From contig PBHR01000023.1 in the NCBI GenBank assembly GCA_002720275.1, positions 21,600 to 85,599 of the forward strand: a stretch of 64,000 nt of DNA, read 5' to 3'. Both the position numbers and the translations under genes were made by a program. The notes below the pieces were generated by a model. That model did not search any database. It saw only the letters and a list, made by a program, of their open reading frames with translations, and was not told the origin of the DNA. This DNA comes from Methanobacteriota archaeon. Its GTDB lineage: Archaea; Thermoplasmatota; Poseidoniia; Poseidoniales; Poseidoniaceae. Shown here piece after piece: positions 9,379 through 18,703 of this stretch (position 1 is its first letter; the number at the start of each line of letters is the position of its first letter).

Positions 9379-10571
9379 TATTCTTCTTGAACTGGTGAAT
9401 TATCAATAGGCCTTTTTTGGTATAATGATTCTATTACACCACTAATTCTTTGCCATGGTAGAATATACCTTAATCCCGCTAACAATAATAAGAATAATAA
9501 TGCAGAGATTACCAAACCATAAGTTAATTCTAATTCAATTGACTCTTGAATCTGATAAGCCCACTGACCATCTCCTGGCAATGCAGCAACAATAGACAAT
9601 AATAGAGTATGGAAACCTAAGGCGATTATTGTTGTGATTCCACAAAGAGTCATTAATGCAATAGTTTGTATCATATGCCCATTTAACAAATTATAAAATT
9701 GTGTAACGTATTCTGGATCCTTTTTACAAGTTTCTGGTAATCTAAATGCATATTCAAGATAACGAATAACCCCCATAGAGGACTCTTGGAAAATTATCAG
9801 CAATAATGAAAGTTGTAAAAGACTAAACTGATTAGGGCTAATTAATCCCAAAATTGTAGGTTCCCCTGCCAAAGAGGGTATTTTCTTTAATCCGCCACTT
9901 GAAGCTGCAAATAATAAATCTTCAACGACTTGGAACGTTAATAATGCATGTAAAATTAAAAATAATAACATAATGCCAGTTGACCAAGCAATAGCACCTT
10001 TAGAAAGACCCCAAATCCCTCGAATTCCCATTACTAAAGGTATAATGTATATTCCAATCAAAATAATTTCTAATACAACTATAACGCCCTTGAATAGAGA
10101 CTCTACTGATTCATCTGGAGGAATCCACCAGTCTCCTTTACCAAAATTAGCAAATAACCATTTCATCAAAAAGGGGCCAAATAGCCACAATACAAATGCC
10201 AATAATAAACCTAAACGAATCCTACGTTGAATAATCGGATTTTGAAATGTTAATGCAGCCATCCCTCCACCAATTATAACACTCAAAACCATTATTGGAT
10301 AAAATCTGCCAAGACCGTTTGCTTCTTCACCTGTTAGCCATGCTGGTAACGGCATTTCCAAATTGGCTGAGGTTAATTGTTTATCAAAAAATTCAATTGC
10401 CATGGCATGATCTATTGAATCTACAATATACAAGTCTACCATTTTCAGATACATCCAAAGTAATGCAATCGTACTAATTAATTGTAAAGTTACTACTTGC
10501 CATTGTATTCTTAATAACCTCAAATGTAACGTTCGCATTCCTTCTTGTTGAGGTTGTACATCATCTGCCAT
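9375..10571 (-). CDS. polytopic integral membrane protein, unknown function
   Basis: Contains many hydrophobic segments. GAGGTGAT lies 5 nt upstream of the ATG, immediately downstream of the DUF58 gene, which suggests operon coupling. Confidence 0.7.
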   Translation of the reverse strand: MADDVQPQQEGMRTLHLRLLRIQWQVVTLQLISTIALLWMYLKMVDLYIVDSIDHAMAIEFFDKQLTSANLEMPLPAWLTGEEANGLGRFYPIMVLSVIIGGGMAALTFQNPIIQRRIRLGLLLAFVLWLFGPFLMKWLFANFGKGDWWIPPDESVESLFKGVIVVLEIILIGIYIIPLVMGIRGIWGLSKGAIAWSTGIMLLFLILHALLTFQVVEDLLFAASSGGLKKIPSLAGEPTILGLISPNQFSLLQLSLLLIIFQESSMGVIRYLEYAFRLPETCKKDPEYVTQFYNLLNGHMIQTIALMTLCGITTIIALGFHTLLLSIVAALPGDGQWAYQIQESIELELTYGLVISALLFLLLLAGLRYILPWQRISGVIESLYQKRPIDNSPVQEEY

Positions 10572-10582
10572 TTTATATCACC

Positions 10583-11836
10583 TCAAATATCCTTCACTTG
10601 CAATAATGCCTGAGATAATTCTACATCGGGCATCCAATCAATTACAGAGGCTCCAAAACCTGCTAAACCTGTTAATCTATTTTGTCGTTCAAGTTTTAAA
10701 ACTTCATAACTCATACGAGGAATTCTACTAACCAATCTTTCAAAGTCTAAACTTGAAGGGGATAAAATGGTAACCTCATGACCTCTTCCAACAAGATCCC
10801 TAACTGCATTTGGAACTGTCCCATCCCCTTCAATACTACTGATTATGAAAACTGGAGAGCCTCTACTAAATCTTGGTGATAATGAATTTGTAACAGCTTG
10901 AAGAGGCATTGAACCTTTAGGTACAACCCCAGCCAAACTACTTAATATCTTGAAATATTGCTTATCTCCCGTATCTGCTGGAAGATAAGAAACTCCATCA
11001 TCGTAAATTGCTAAAGCGACACTATCTCTTCTTTTAATGAAGAAAGAAGCCAAAGAAGCTGCTGCTACTGCGCCCATTTCAAGTGGATTTTTTAGAACTG
11101 TTCCAATTCTACTAATATCTCTACTATCTAAAATTATGAATAAATCTGTCACCGCATCACGACATTTTTCATTTACCATCAACTCTCCAGTTCTAGCAAA
11201 CGCTTTCCAATTTATATTCTTAAACGGATCACCTGTAACATATTCCCTTAAACTATAAAATTCTGAACCTGGGCCTGGAGTTCTTAATGTTGAAGCACCA
11301 GTGTACATTTTTGGAGTACGACTTCGAATAAATGCTTCTTCAACATCCCTCACTTGTGGAAATACAATTAGGTCACTATGATGACTAACAAACATTTCTT
11401 GTGCAAATAAATTAAATGTGTTCCTAAATCTAATACTAATGGGCCCTATTGAATAATGACCTCTAAGTGGACACCTTAATGAATATCTGATTCTAGTACT
11501 TTGACCCGGGCCTAAATTAACTCTCATATAATTTAAACCACTTCTTAATTTCATTTCATGAGGGACATTATCATAAATCTCTAACTGCTGAGTACGCCTC
11601 ATTGAACGGTTAGTAATTCTTAATTCAACAAACAAATCATCTCCTTTATACAAATTATCTGCTGATAAAATTCTTTGAACCTCAACATTGCCATGGCCTT
11701 TAATCCAACCATTTAATACTGTAAAAGCAACAAAAGTTAATCCTATTACCATTAACTGAAAATTAGAAATCATCATTCCAATTAATACTAATGAAATACC
11801 TCCCGTAATACTGAATGCTGCTTTTCTTGTCCACAT
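10583..11836 (-). CDS. DUF58 family protein (vWA-like, usual MoxR partner)
   Basis: Has the hallmark LREYVTGDPFKNINWKAFARTGELMVNEK motif and two N-terminal TM helices. Confidence 0.8.
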   Translation of the reverse strand: MWTRKAAFSITGGISLVLIGMMISNFQLMVIGLTFVAFTVLNGWIKGHGNVEVQRILSADNLYKGDDLFVELRITNRSMRRTQQLEIYDNVPHEMKLRSGLNYMRVNLGPGQSTRIRYSLRCPLRGHYSIGPISIRFRNTFNLFAQEMFVSHHSDLIVFPQVRDVEEAFIRSRTPKMYTGASTLRTPGPGSEFYSLREYVTGDPFKNINWKAFARTGELMVNEKCRDAVTDLFIILDSRDISRIGTVLKNPLEMGAVAAASLASFFIKRRDSVALAIYDDGVSYLPADTGDKQYFKILSSLAGVVPKGSMPLQAVTNSLSPRFSRGSPVFIISSIEGDGTVPNAVRDLVGRGHEVTILSPSSLDFERLVSRIPRMSYEVLKLERQNRLTGLAGFGASVIDWMPDVELSQALLQVKDI

Positions 11837-11842
11837 ATTTCA

Positions 11843-13492
11843 TCAACCCTTTTGCCATGCTTTAATTCTTTTAACAATCGCAACCGTTTGCTCAAGATCA
11901 TATTTTTTATTTTCAAATACAAATTTAACTAAAACCGGATCCTTAATCATCTCTTGTAATTCTTGAGCGGGCATACGATCAAATTCCTCACGAGATAATG
12001 CGTTTAAATTTCTAACCCTCGATAAAAATACTTGTTTTATTTTATTTGTTCTCGTGTAATAACCATACCTTTTTGCATCCCCAAATCCATAATAAATTAT
12101 ATTAAAAATATGCCTCCAAGGTTCAGGATCTGTTTTCTTAATTAACACTGCTTCAAATGCTAAAAATAGCAATATAAACAACAATAACATTCCAATTCCA
12201 TCGCCTGTCAAATAAACTAACAAAAAGTAAATTAAATTATAAGCATCCGTAAATAAAACATTTTGGCTATGTCTACTTTCATCAAAAATCACCATTGCGT
12301 CACTACTCGCTACAATCGCTTCTTTATTTGTGAAATTATTCGCAGTTAAAACGGATTCTGCAATAACATCTAAAGCCCACTTTCTATTATCATTCTCTGG
12401 GATATTTGTAATTGATTTGCCATCCTCGTCAAATTCTCCAGAATTTGCAGATTCAAAACTATATACTGCATTAATTAAAGCACTACCGTCACTAATAAAA
12501 TAAATTCTTCCAGCACTAGAATCTGAACAATCGGAAGAATCACAGGTTTCAATATAAACATCAAAGGGTCCTTGTGAATCTGCCTCTGATTGCGCTGTTT
12601 CAGTTTCAAGAGTTATTTTTCCATCATTATTCAAATCTAAATAAGATTGAGGACTAGAACGACCTACTGCTTCATAGTAAGAAAAATCACCTGAAAATTC
12701 AATTGACTCAAATGCAGACGGGGCATTAAGTAATAAATTGTAATCATGATGATACTCTATCATTTTACTTGTTGAATTATAATGATGAGCACATAAACCT
12801 GCTTCTTCTTTTGTAGCAAATGTAATTTCACTTTCGGCCCATCTTGAACATGGATGCATTCCTGTTCCTGTAGGATCTGTTCCCTGATGCCACCTTGAAT
12901 GACCAATATGAAATTCATCTGAATTTTCCCAATCTGTATGGTTTTGACTTATGTTCATCCATACATAGTTGTAATCTAATTCAACTGCATATTCGTCATC
13001 ATAGAGCCTATGGTTACTATAACTAATTCCAACTGCATCTGCAAGGCCACTTGAATAACCAAAATCATCTAAAACAATTACCGTACCACCTCTAGAAACA
13101 AAGTTCATAATAGCTGAAATTTCTGAAGTACTATACCCTTCGGGTTCACTAAAACTAATAAATGAAGAATCAGAACCTATTGAAGGTAATGAAAATGTAT
13201 CTTTTTCTACACCACTTATTACAAATGTAGAATTTGTCGGGTTTTCTATTTCATTTAACAATAAAGGACTTGAAACCAAACTTTTCGTATTAATTCCTAA
13301 ATCAGATATTTCTTTCCTAAATTCTGAAATGTCATCCCAATCGTTATCATAAGCAGAAAGTTGCTTTGTATTTCCTAAATTTACATAACTTGAGAGTAAA
13401 AGAAAAAGAAGAAATAATAGAGCCACATAAAAACTAGAAATTAATGCACGGCGTTGATATTTTCTGAAACTCTTTCTAACCAACATTAGCAC
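11843..13492 (-). CDS. membrane-anchored protein with a large extracytoplasmic domain (DUF4350-like)
   Basis: Has an N-terminal TM, a ~400-aa N-x-S/T-rich domain, a C-proximal TM pair and a cytoplasmic tail. Its position directly upstream of DUF58 matches the archaeal DUF4350-DUF58 arrangement. The family call is tentative. Confidence 0.55.
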   Translation of the reverse strand: MLMLVRKSFRKYQRRALISSFYVALLFLLFLLLSSYVNLGNTKQLSAYDNDWDDISEFRKEISDLGINTKSLVSSPLLLNEIENPTNSTFVISGVEKDTFSLPSIGSDSSFISFSEPEGYSTSEISAIMNFVSRGGTVIVLDDFGYSSGLADAVGISYSNHRLYDDEYAVELDYNYVWMNISQNHTDWENSDEFHIGHSRWHQGTDPTGTGMHPCSRWAESEITFATKEEAGLCAHHYNSTSKMIEYHHDYNLLLNAPSAFESIEFSGDFSYYEAVGRSSPQSYLDLNNDGKITLETETAQSEADSQGPFDVYIETCDSSDCSDSSAGRIYFISDGSALINAVYSFESANSGEFDEDGKSITNIPENDNRKWALDVIAESVLTANNFTNKEAIVASSDAMVIFDESRHSQNVLFTDAYNLIYFLLVYLTGDGIGMLLLFILLFLAFEAVLIKKTDPEPWRHIFNIIYYGFGDAKRYGYYTRTNKIKQVFLSRVRNLNALSREEFDRMPAQELQEMIKDPVLVKFVFENKKYDLEQTVAIVKRIKAWQKG

Positions 13493-13559
13493 CCAGCGCT
13501 AAGCGCTAACCGTGCGACGGTATTGACTGCCTTAATACGCTTACTGGGTCGTGATTACA

Positions 13560-13805
13560 CTACCTTCTTAAAAAAATAGACCCTTCTAACCTATCAATTT
13601 CACTCGGAGGTACTTGAACAATATTATCTTTAGCAGTCCAAGGTAATTTAGTTGAATCGAGTCCTTTTTCTAATTTAACACAAATAAATTCAACATTACC
13701 ATCATCATAATTTATATGTATTTCAGTAACAACGCCAAGTAATTCTTTACTTTTATCAAATACTTCCCTGCCTACGAGTTCATATCCGAAAACTGTAACA
13801 CTAAT
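13560..13805 (-). CDS. PRC-barrel domain protein with a putative non-canonical ATT start
   Basis: Not in the ORF track. An 84-codon frame is open directly after the CDC48 TGA and in the same frame, with no ATG/GTG/TTG anywhere in it. It translates as ...ISVTVFGYELVGREVFDKSKELLGVVTEIHINYDDGNVEFICVKLEKG..., a PRC-barrel pattern. GAGGTGA overlaps the CDC48 stop, 4 nt before the ATT at 13805-13803. Confidence 0.55.
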   Translation of the reverse strand: MSVTVFGYELVGREVFDKSKELLGVVTEIHINYDDGNVEFICVKLEKGLDSTKLPWTAKDNIVQVPPSEIDRLEGSIFLRR

Positions 13806-13814
13806 ATTCTCACC

Positions 13815-16067
13815 TCAAACTGATTCCATGCCTCTTTGTGTATCCTTACCTCTACGAACAGTACTTAAACCACTAACTAGTAAAGATTCCATTTTCTTAT
13901 AATATTCTAACATATCATCGGTCACAGTAGGCCTAACCATATTCAAAGCCTTTTCAAAATGTGCCTTTGTCACCGTTTTCTTAGACTCCCTCATTGCTGT
14001 CAATGCTGCTTCTCTACATACTGATTCAACATCAGCACCAGTAAATCCTTCCATTTTTTTAGATATGTCTCCAATATTAAATTTACCTAAAGGCATCCCC
14101 TCACAATGAATTTTGAAAATTTCTCTTATCGCCTTAGCATCTGGAGGAGGTACATGTAAAACTCTTTCAAACCTACCACTTCTAATCAATGCAGGATCTA
14201 TCATCTCGGGTCTATTTGTAGCAGCAACAACAATAACACCATCCAAAGATTCTATTCCATCCATACTAGCAAGTAATTGATTTACCACCCTGTTACCAGA
14301 CTGAGTTCCACCCCCATCCATCCCTCTAGAGGACCTTGAATGAGCAATACTTTCGAATTCATCCAAGAAAATTATAGATGGTGATGCTTGTTTAGCCTTC
14401 TTGAAAATTTCACGAATTCCTCTTTCTGATTCACCGACCCATTTACTAATCATCTCAGGTCCTTTAATTGAAATGAAATTCGCTTTAGCCTCATTTGCTA
14501 TTGCCTTAGCTAGCAATGTTTTTCCTGTTCCTGGTGCCCCAAATAATACAATTCCTCTAGGTGGTTTAATTCCAAAATGATCAAATAATTCGGGTTTTGT
14601 TAATGGCCATTCGACACTTTCTTTAAGTCTATTTTTAATTTCTTCCAATCCGCCAACTTTATCCCAACCTATTTCAGGAATCTCAACATAAATTTCTCTT
14701 AAAGCACTAGGTTCAACTTCCCTTATTGCTAATTTAAAATCATCCATAATTACTTCCATTTTTTCAAGGACCTCTGGAGGAATTACTTCGGCATCCAAAT
14801 CAATCTCTGGAAGATATCTTCTTAATGCCTTCATCGCAGCTTCTCTAACTAATGCTGAAACATCTGCTCCCACAAAGCCATAAGTATTTTCTAAAATCCA
14901 TTCAATATCAAAATCATCACTTAGGGGCATTCCCCTCGTGTGTACATCTACGATTTCAGCTCTACCATTTCTATCTGGAACTCCAACTTCTATTTCTCTA
15001 TCAAATCTACCTGGTCTACGTAAAGCAGGATCTATTGCATCTCTACGATTTGTTGCACCAATAACAACAATATTATCACGGCCTTGCATTCCGTCCATCA
15101 ATGTTAACAATTGAGCAACTACTCTTCGTTCAACTTCTCCTGTTACATCTTCTCTTTTTGGTGCAATACTATCTAATTCATCAACAAAAACTATTGCAGG
15201 GGAATTTTCAGCAGCATCATCAAAAATTTCTCTAAGTTGTTTTTCAGATTCACCATAATATTTACTTATTATTTCAGGGCCATTAATTGATTTAAAATGA
15301 GCATTTGTTTCTGTTGCTACAGCTTTAGCAATCATAGTTTTACCCGTTCCAGGAGGGCCATGAAGCAAAACTCCTTTTGGAGGACTAATACCTAATCTAC
15401 GAAATAATTCCGGATGTTTTAAAGGCAACTCAATCATTTCTCTAACTTTTTGTAATTGATTTCCTATTCCTCCAATGTCTTCATAAGTTATTCCTTCTGA
15501 GTCTGCAGAAGATTCTTCATCAACCTGTTCATCTTTAATGACGATTTCAGTTTCTGGTAAAACTTGAACTATCCCCTTAGGGGTCGTAGAACGAACTGCA
15601 AATGGCAATGTCTCTGCAAATAAGGTAATTCCTGGAATAAATATTCTATCTCCTGCAACTACTGGTCTCTTGTTCAAACCTCTTCTTGCAAAACCTTCAA
15701 TATTTGGACCAAATTGCATTGCTGATGGTTTATTTTTACTTTGTTTATTTACCATAACCGGTGAAAGTACTAACTTTTTACAAGGAATTGCTTCTACCTT
15801 TCTAATTTCGACTTTGTCTCCTAAAGATACTCCCGCATTTTTCCTAACGATTCCGTCAATTCTTACAATATCCATTTTACTATCTTCGGGTCGACTTCTC
15901 CAATATGTCGCTGCAGTCATTCCCGTTTCCCCTTTAATTTCAATAATATCTCCCGGTTTTAGGCCAAGTTCATTGTCACTTGAAATTCTCGCTCTTCCAA
16001 AACCTACATCACTTGGTATTGCTTTAGCTATTCTTAACTTTAGAACATCCGAACCTTTAGTAGCCAT
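13815..16067 (-). CDS. cdc48: CDC48/VCP-type AAA+ ATPase (two AAA domains)
   Basis: Has an N-terminal CDC48 N-domain-like region, two Walker A motifs (GPPGTGKT and GAPGTGKT) and two DExx Walker B motifs, in 750 aa. Confidence 0.95.
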   Translation of the reverse strand: MATKGSDVLKLRIAKAIPSDVGFGRARISSDNELGLKPGDIIEIKGETGMTAATYWRSRPEDSKMDIVRIDGIVRKNAGVSLGDKVEIRKVEAIPCKKLVLSPVMVNKQSKNKPSAMQFGPNIEGFARRGLNKRPVVAGDRIFIPGITLFAETLPFAVRSTTPKGIVQVLPETEIVIKDEQVDEESSADSEGITYEDIGGIGNQLQKVREMIELPLKHPELFRRLGISPPKGVLLHGPPGTGKTMIAKAVATETNAHFKSINGPEIISKYYGESEKQLREIFDDAAENSPAIVFVDELDSIAPKREDVTGEVERRVVAQLLTLMDGMQGRDNIVVIGATNRRDAIDPALRRPGRFDREIEVGVPDRNGRAEIVDVHTRGMPLSDDFDIEWILENTYGFVGADVSALVREAAMKALRRYLPEIDLDAEVIPPEVLEKMEVIMDDFKLAIREVEPSALREIYVEIPEIGWDKVGGLEEIKNRLKESVEWPLTKPELFDHFGIKPPRGIVLFGAPGTGKTLLAKAIANEAKANFISIKGPEMISKWVGESERGIREIFKKAKQASPSIIFLDEFESIAHSRSSRGMDGGGTQSGNRVVNQLLASMDGIESLDGVIVVAATNRPEMIDPALIRSGRFERVLHVPPPDAKAIREIFKIHCEGMPLGKFNIGDISKKMEGFTGADVESVCREAALTAMRESKKTVTKAHFEKALNMVRPTVTDDMLEYYKKMESLLVSGLSTVRRGKDTQRGMESV

Positions 16068-16176
16068 AATGACCTCTCCGACATTACTCGTTAATTTTAG
16101 GAATCCCTTAAACCCACTGTTTTCTAAAAGCCATAATTACATCAAGTTCATCATTGTGAGTTGTTTCGGACGTGCC

Positions 16177-17805
16177 ATGCCCGCTGTACTTGAAACCGGT
16201 TTAGACTTCGTTGAATCTAATAACGAAACCAATTTGCCATGTGTTAAAGGATATAATATTATTAATGGACAATTAAAAGTCGCAAGTGATCAAAAAACAT
16301 TTGAAAGTATTAATCCTGCAAATAAAAATGATTGTTTAGGAGTTTTTCCATTATCAACAAAACAAGATATTGATGACGCTATTTCCGCAGCAAGTACTGC
16401 TTTTACAAAATGGTCAAACACTCCTGCCCCCACTAGAGGTCAAATTATTGGAAATATGGGGCGATTGTTAATGGATTACAAGGAGGATTTAGTTCGCTTA
16501 CAATCTCGTGAAATTGGTAAAACAATCAAAGAATGTGGTGGAGAAATTCAGGAAGCGATTGATACTTGCCTATTCTTCCAATCAGAAGGGCGCAGACTCT
16601 ATGGACAAACTGTCAATTCTGAATTGCCTAACAAAGAATTATTCACATATCGAAGGCCTTTGGGGGTTTGCGGAATCATCAATGCTTGCAACTTCCCCTC
16701 CGCTGTTCCATTCTGGAAAATGATTCCAGCAATTATGTGTGGAAACACCTGTGTTTGGAAGTCTCCACAAGATGCACCCCTTCTTTCATTTGCATTGGCT
16801 AGAATTATGCATCAAGCTGGACTACCTAATGGTGTAATAAATTTAGTTCATGGAAAAGGTAGTGGAGCTGGACAACACATTATTGATGCTGTAGATGAAG
16901 GTAAAATAAACAAAATTAGTTTTACTGGAAGTACAGAAGTGGGTAAAAAGATTGGCGAGGTTTGTGGAAGAAATCTAGTATCGTGTTCATTAGAACTTGG
17001 TGGTAAAAACCCGCTTGTTGTAATGCCCTCTGCGGACATGGAAAATGCTGTTCAAGGGGCTTATTGGGCTTCTTTTGGAACTGCTGGACAAAGATGTACA
17101 AGTTTAGGGAATCTGATTCTGCATGAAGATATTTATGATAAGTTTATGGCTAAATTTATGGAAAAAGTTATTGCCACACCTATTGGAGATTCTTCTAAAT
17201 TTGAAGGTATGATATATGGACCAATGCTTTCTGAAAAATATGCATCTGATTTCCTTAAAACCATAGAAAAAGTAGAGAAAGATGGAGCAAGGAAATTATT
17301 TGGTGAAGGGAGAATAACAAATGATCTTTGCCCAGGAGCATTTCATGGAGATGCATCTAAAGGAATTTACATGTGGCCACATGTATATGTTGATGTTACA
17401 GAAGAGATGGACTGTTTCTATGAAGAGATTTTTGGACCAGCAGTAACTATTGTAAAAGCAAAGGATTTTGATCATGCTTTACATTTAGCTAATGCATCTC
17501 CTTACGGACTTTCAAGTGCAATTTATACTAATGATCGACTTGAAGCTTACAGATTTAAAAATGAAATTAAGGCTGGAATGACTAGTATAAATAATTCAAC
17601 AACTGGTGCAGAAGCACACTTACCGTTTGGAGGAGTGAAAAACTCAGGGAATGGTACTAGAGAATCAGGGATATGGGTTATTGAAGCATATTCATATTGG
17701 CATGCAGTTAATGACGAATTGAGTGGCAAACTACAATTAGCTCAAATGGATGTTGATGAAATTGAAATGTCTAAAAAAGAAGTTGATTGGGCAGAGTTAG
17801 CATAA
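16177..17805 (+). CDS. NAD(P)+-dependent aldehyde dehydrogenase
   Basis: Contains ELGGKNP, the catalytic GQRCTS and EIFGPA motifs. The start is set to ATG 16177 (alternative GTG 16156) because the upstream part of the 711-aa track ORF is antisense to cdc48. Confidence 0.9.
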   Translation: MPAVLETGLDFVESNNETNLPCVKGYNIINGQLKVASDQKTFESINPANKNDCLGVFPLSTKQDIDDAISAASTAFTKWSNTPAPTRGQIIGNMGRLLMDYKEDLVRLQSREIGKTIKECGGEIQEAIDTCLFFQSEGRRLYGQTVNSELPNKELFTYRRPLGVCGIINACNFPSAVPFWKMIPAIMCGNTCVWKSPQDAPLLSFALARIMHQAGLPNGVINLVHGKGSGAGQHIIDAVDEGKINKISFTGSTEVGKKIGEVCGRNLVSCSLELGGKNPLVVMPSADMENAVQGAYWASFGTAGQRCTSLGNLILHEDIYDKFMAKFMEKVIATPIGDSSKFEGMIYGPMLSEKYASDFLKTIEKVEKDGARKLFGEGRITNDLCPGAFHGDASKGIYMWPHVYVDVTEEMDCFYEEIFGPAVTIVKAKDFDHALHLANASPYGLSSAIYTNDRLEAYRFKNEIKAGMTSINNSTTGAEAHLPFGGVKNSGNGTRESGIWVIEAYSYWHAVNDELSGKLQLAQMDVDEIEMSKKEVDWAELA

Positions 17806-17881
17806 GTATTTAGAAACATGCATTAAAGACCTACTTCTTAATCGCTAGCATATCCCCCCTCCGGGGCACGGTGGCGTTTTC

Positions 17882-18694
17882 ATGGGTGAAGGTCTCAAAC
17901 TTCCGGTATTGAATGGATTCGGACGAACAAATAGGATAGATAATTGGTGGAGTCAACCACTAATTATGGGAATAGGACTTACATTGACGTTAATTTATAC
18001 ATTTTGGAGATTGTTTATTTATGACCTTGAAATTTCATATCACCTAAATGGAAGTACTGTTGTTTCGCCATTATTTTCACCAAATATCCTAGAATGGAAC
18101 ATTTTTGGTTTAAGTGAATGGGCAAAAACGGCTCCAAGTTGGATTAATGCAGCGATTTTAATTATTTGGATTCCTTTTGGATTTAGAGGAACATGTTACT
18201 ATATGCGCAGAGTATATTACAGAACATTTTTCGCTAGCCCTACCGCATGTTGGGTTGATGAACCACAAATAAATAAATCTCTAGGATATAAAGGCGAAAA
18301 AATGGTTTTCATAATTAATAACTTACATAGGTATTTTCTTTATGCAGCAATGGTAATTCTCTTAATCAAATGGTGGGATGTAACTCATACAATGACGTTT
18401 AATGACGGTTTAGGAATTTCAATCGGGACTTTAGTAATGGCCATAGAAGCATTTTTACTCACTATGTATGTTACATCTTGTCATGCATTAAGGCATTTAG
18501 CTGGTGGTGTTTTAGACAGATGGACTACAGGAATTAGTCGTATGAGAGGGATTCTTTTCAAAAAAATTAGTATTTTCAATAAGTCTCATGGATTTTGGTT
18601 TTGGACCTCTTTAATTTTCGTTTTTCTTGGTGATTTATGGGTTTTGGCCGTTAATAAAGGTCTCTTTAATGACATAGCAATAATTGTTATCTGA
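17882..18694 (+). CDS. sdhC: probable succinate dehydrogenase/fumarate reductase membrane anchor (single large cytochrome b type)
   Basis: A multi-pass membrane protein with His residues in or near its hydrophobic segments and a GTCYYMRRVYYRTFF motif. It lies immediately upstream of sdhA-sdhB. Confidence 0.6.
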   Translation: MGEGLKLPVLNGFGRTNRIDNWWSQPLIMGIGLTLTLIYTFWRLFIYDLEISYHLNGSTVVSPLFSPNILEWNIFGLSEWAKTAPSWINAAILIIWIPFGFRGTCYYMRRVYYRTFFASPTACWVDEPQINKSLGYKGEKMVFIINNLHRYFLYAAMVILLIKWWDVTHTMTFNDGLGISIGTLVMAIEAFLLTMYVTSCHALRHLAGGVLDRWTTGISRMRGILFKKISIFNKSHGFWFWTSLIFVFLGDLWVLAVNKGLFNDIAIIVI

Positions 18695-18703
18695 GGTTTT
18701 AAA

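Noticed and set aside
13815-13817. Idea that TGA is reassigned (Trp/Gly/Sec) genome-wide, making CDC48-PRC a plain fusion
   Set aside because: TGA cleanly terminates several well-bounded genes here (pyrI at 2900-2902, xth at 3675-3677, and the giant coiled-coil gene at 9113-9115) at the expected protein lengths, so global recoding is unlikely. Only local read-through or ATT initiation remain as options.
15670-16176. N-terminal ~169 codons of the 711-aa plus-strand ORF (15670..17805)
   Set aside because: This part is antisense to the well-supported cdc48 gene and has low-complexity, non-ALDH sequence. ALDH homology begins only after ATG 16177, so the extension is a read-through artefact of the ORF finder.
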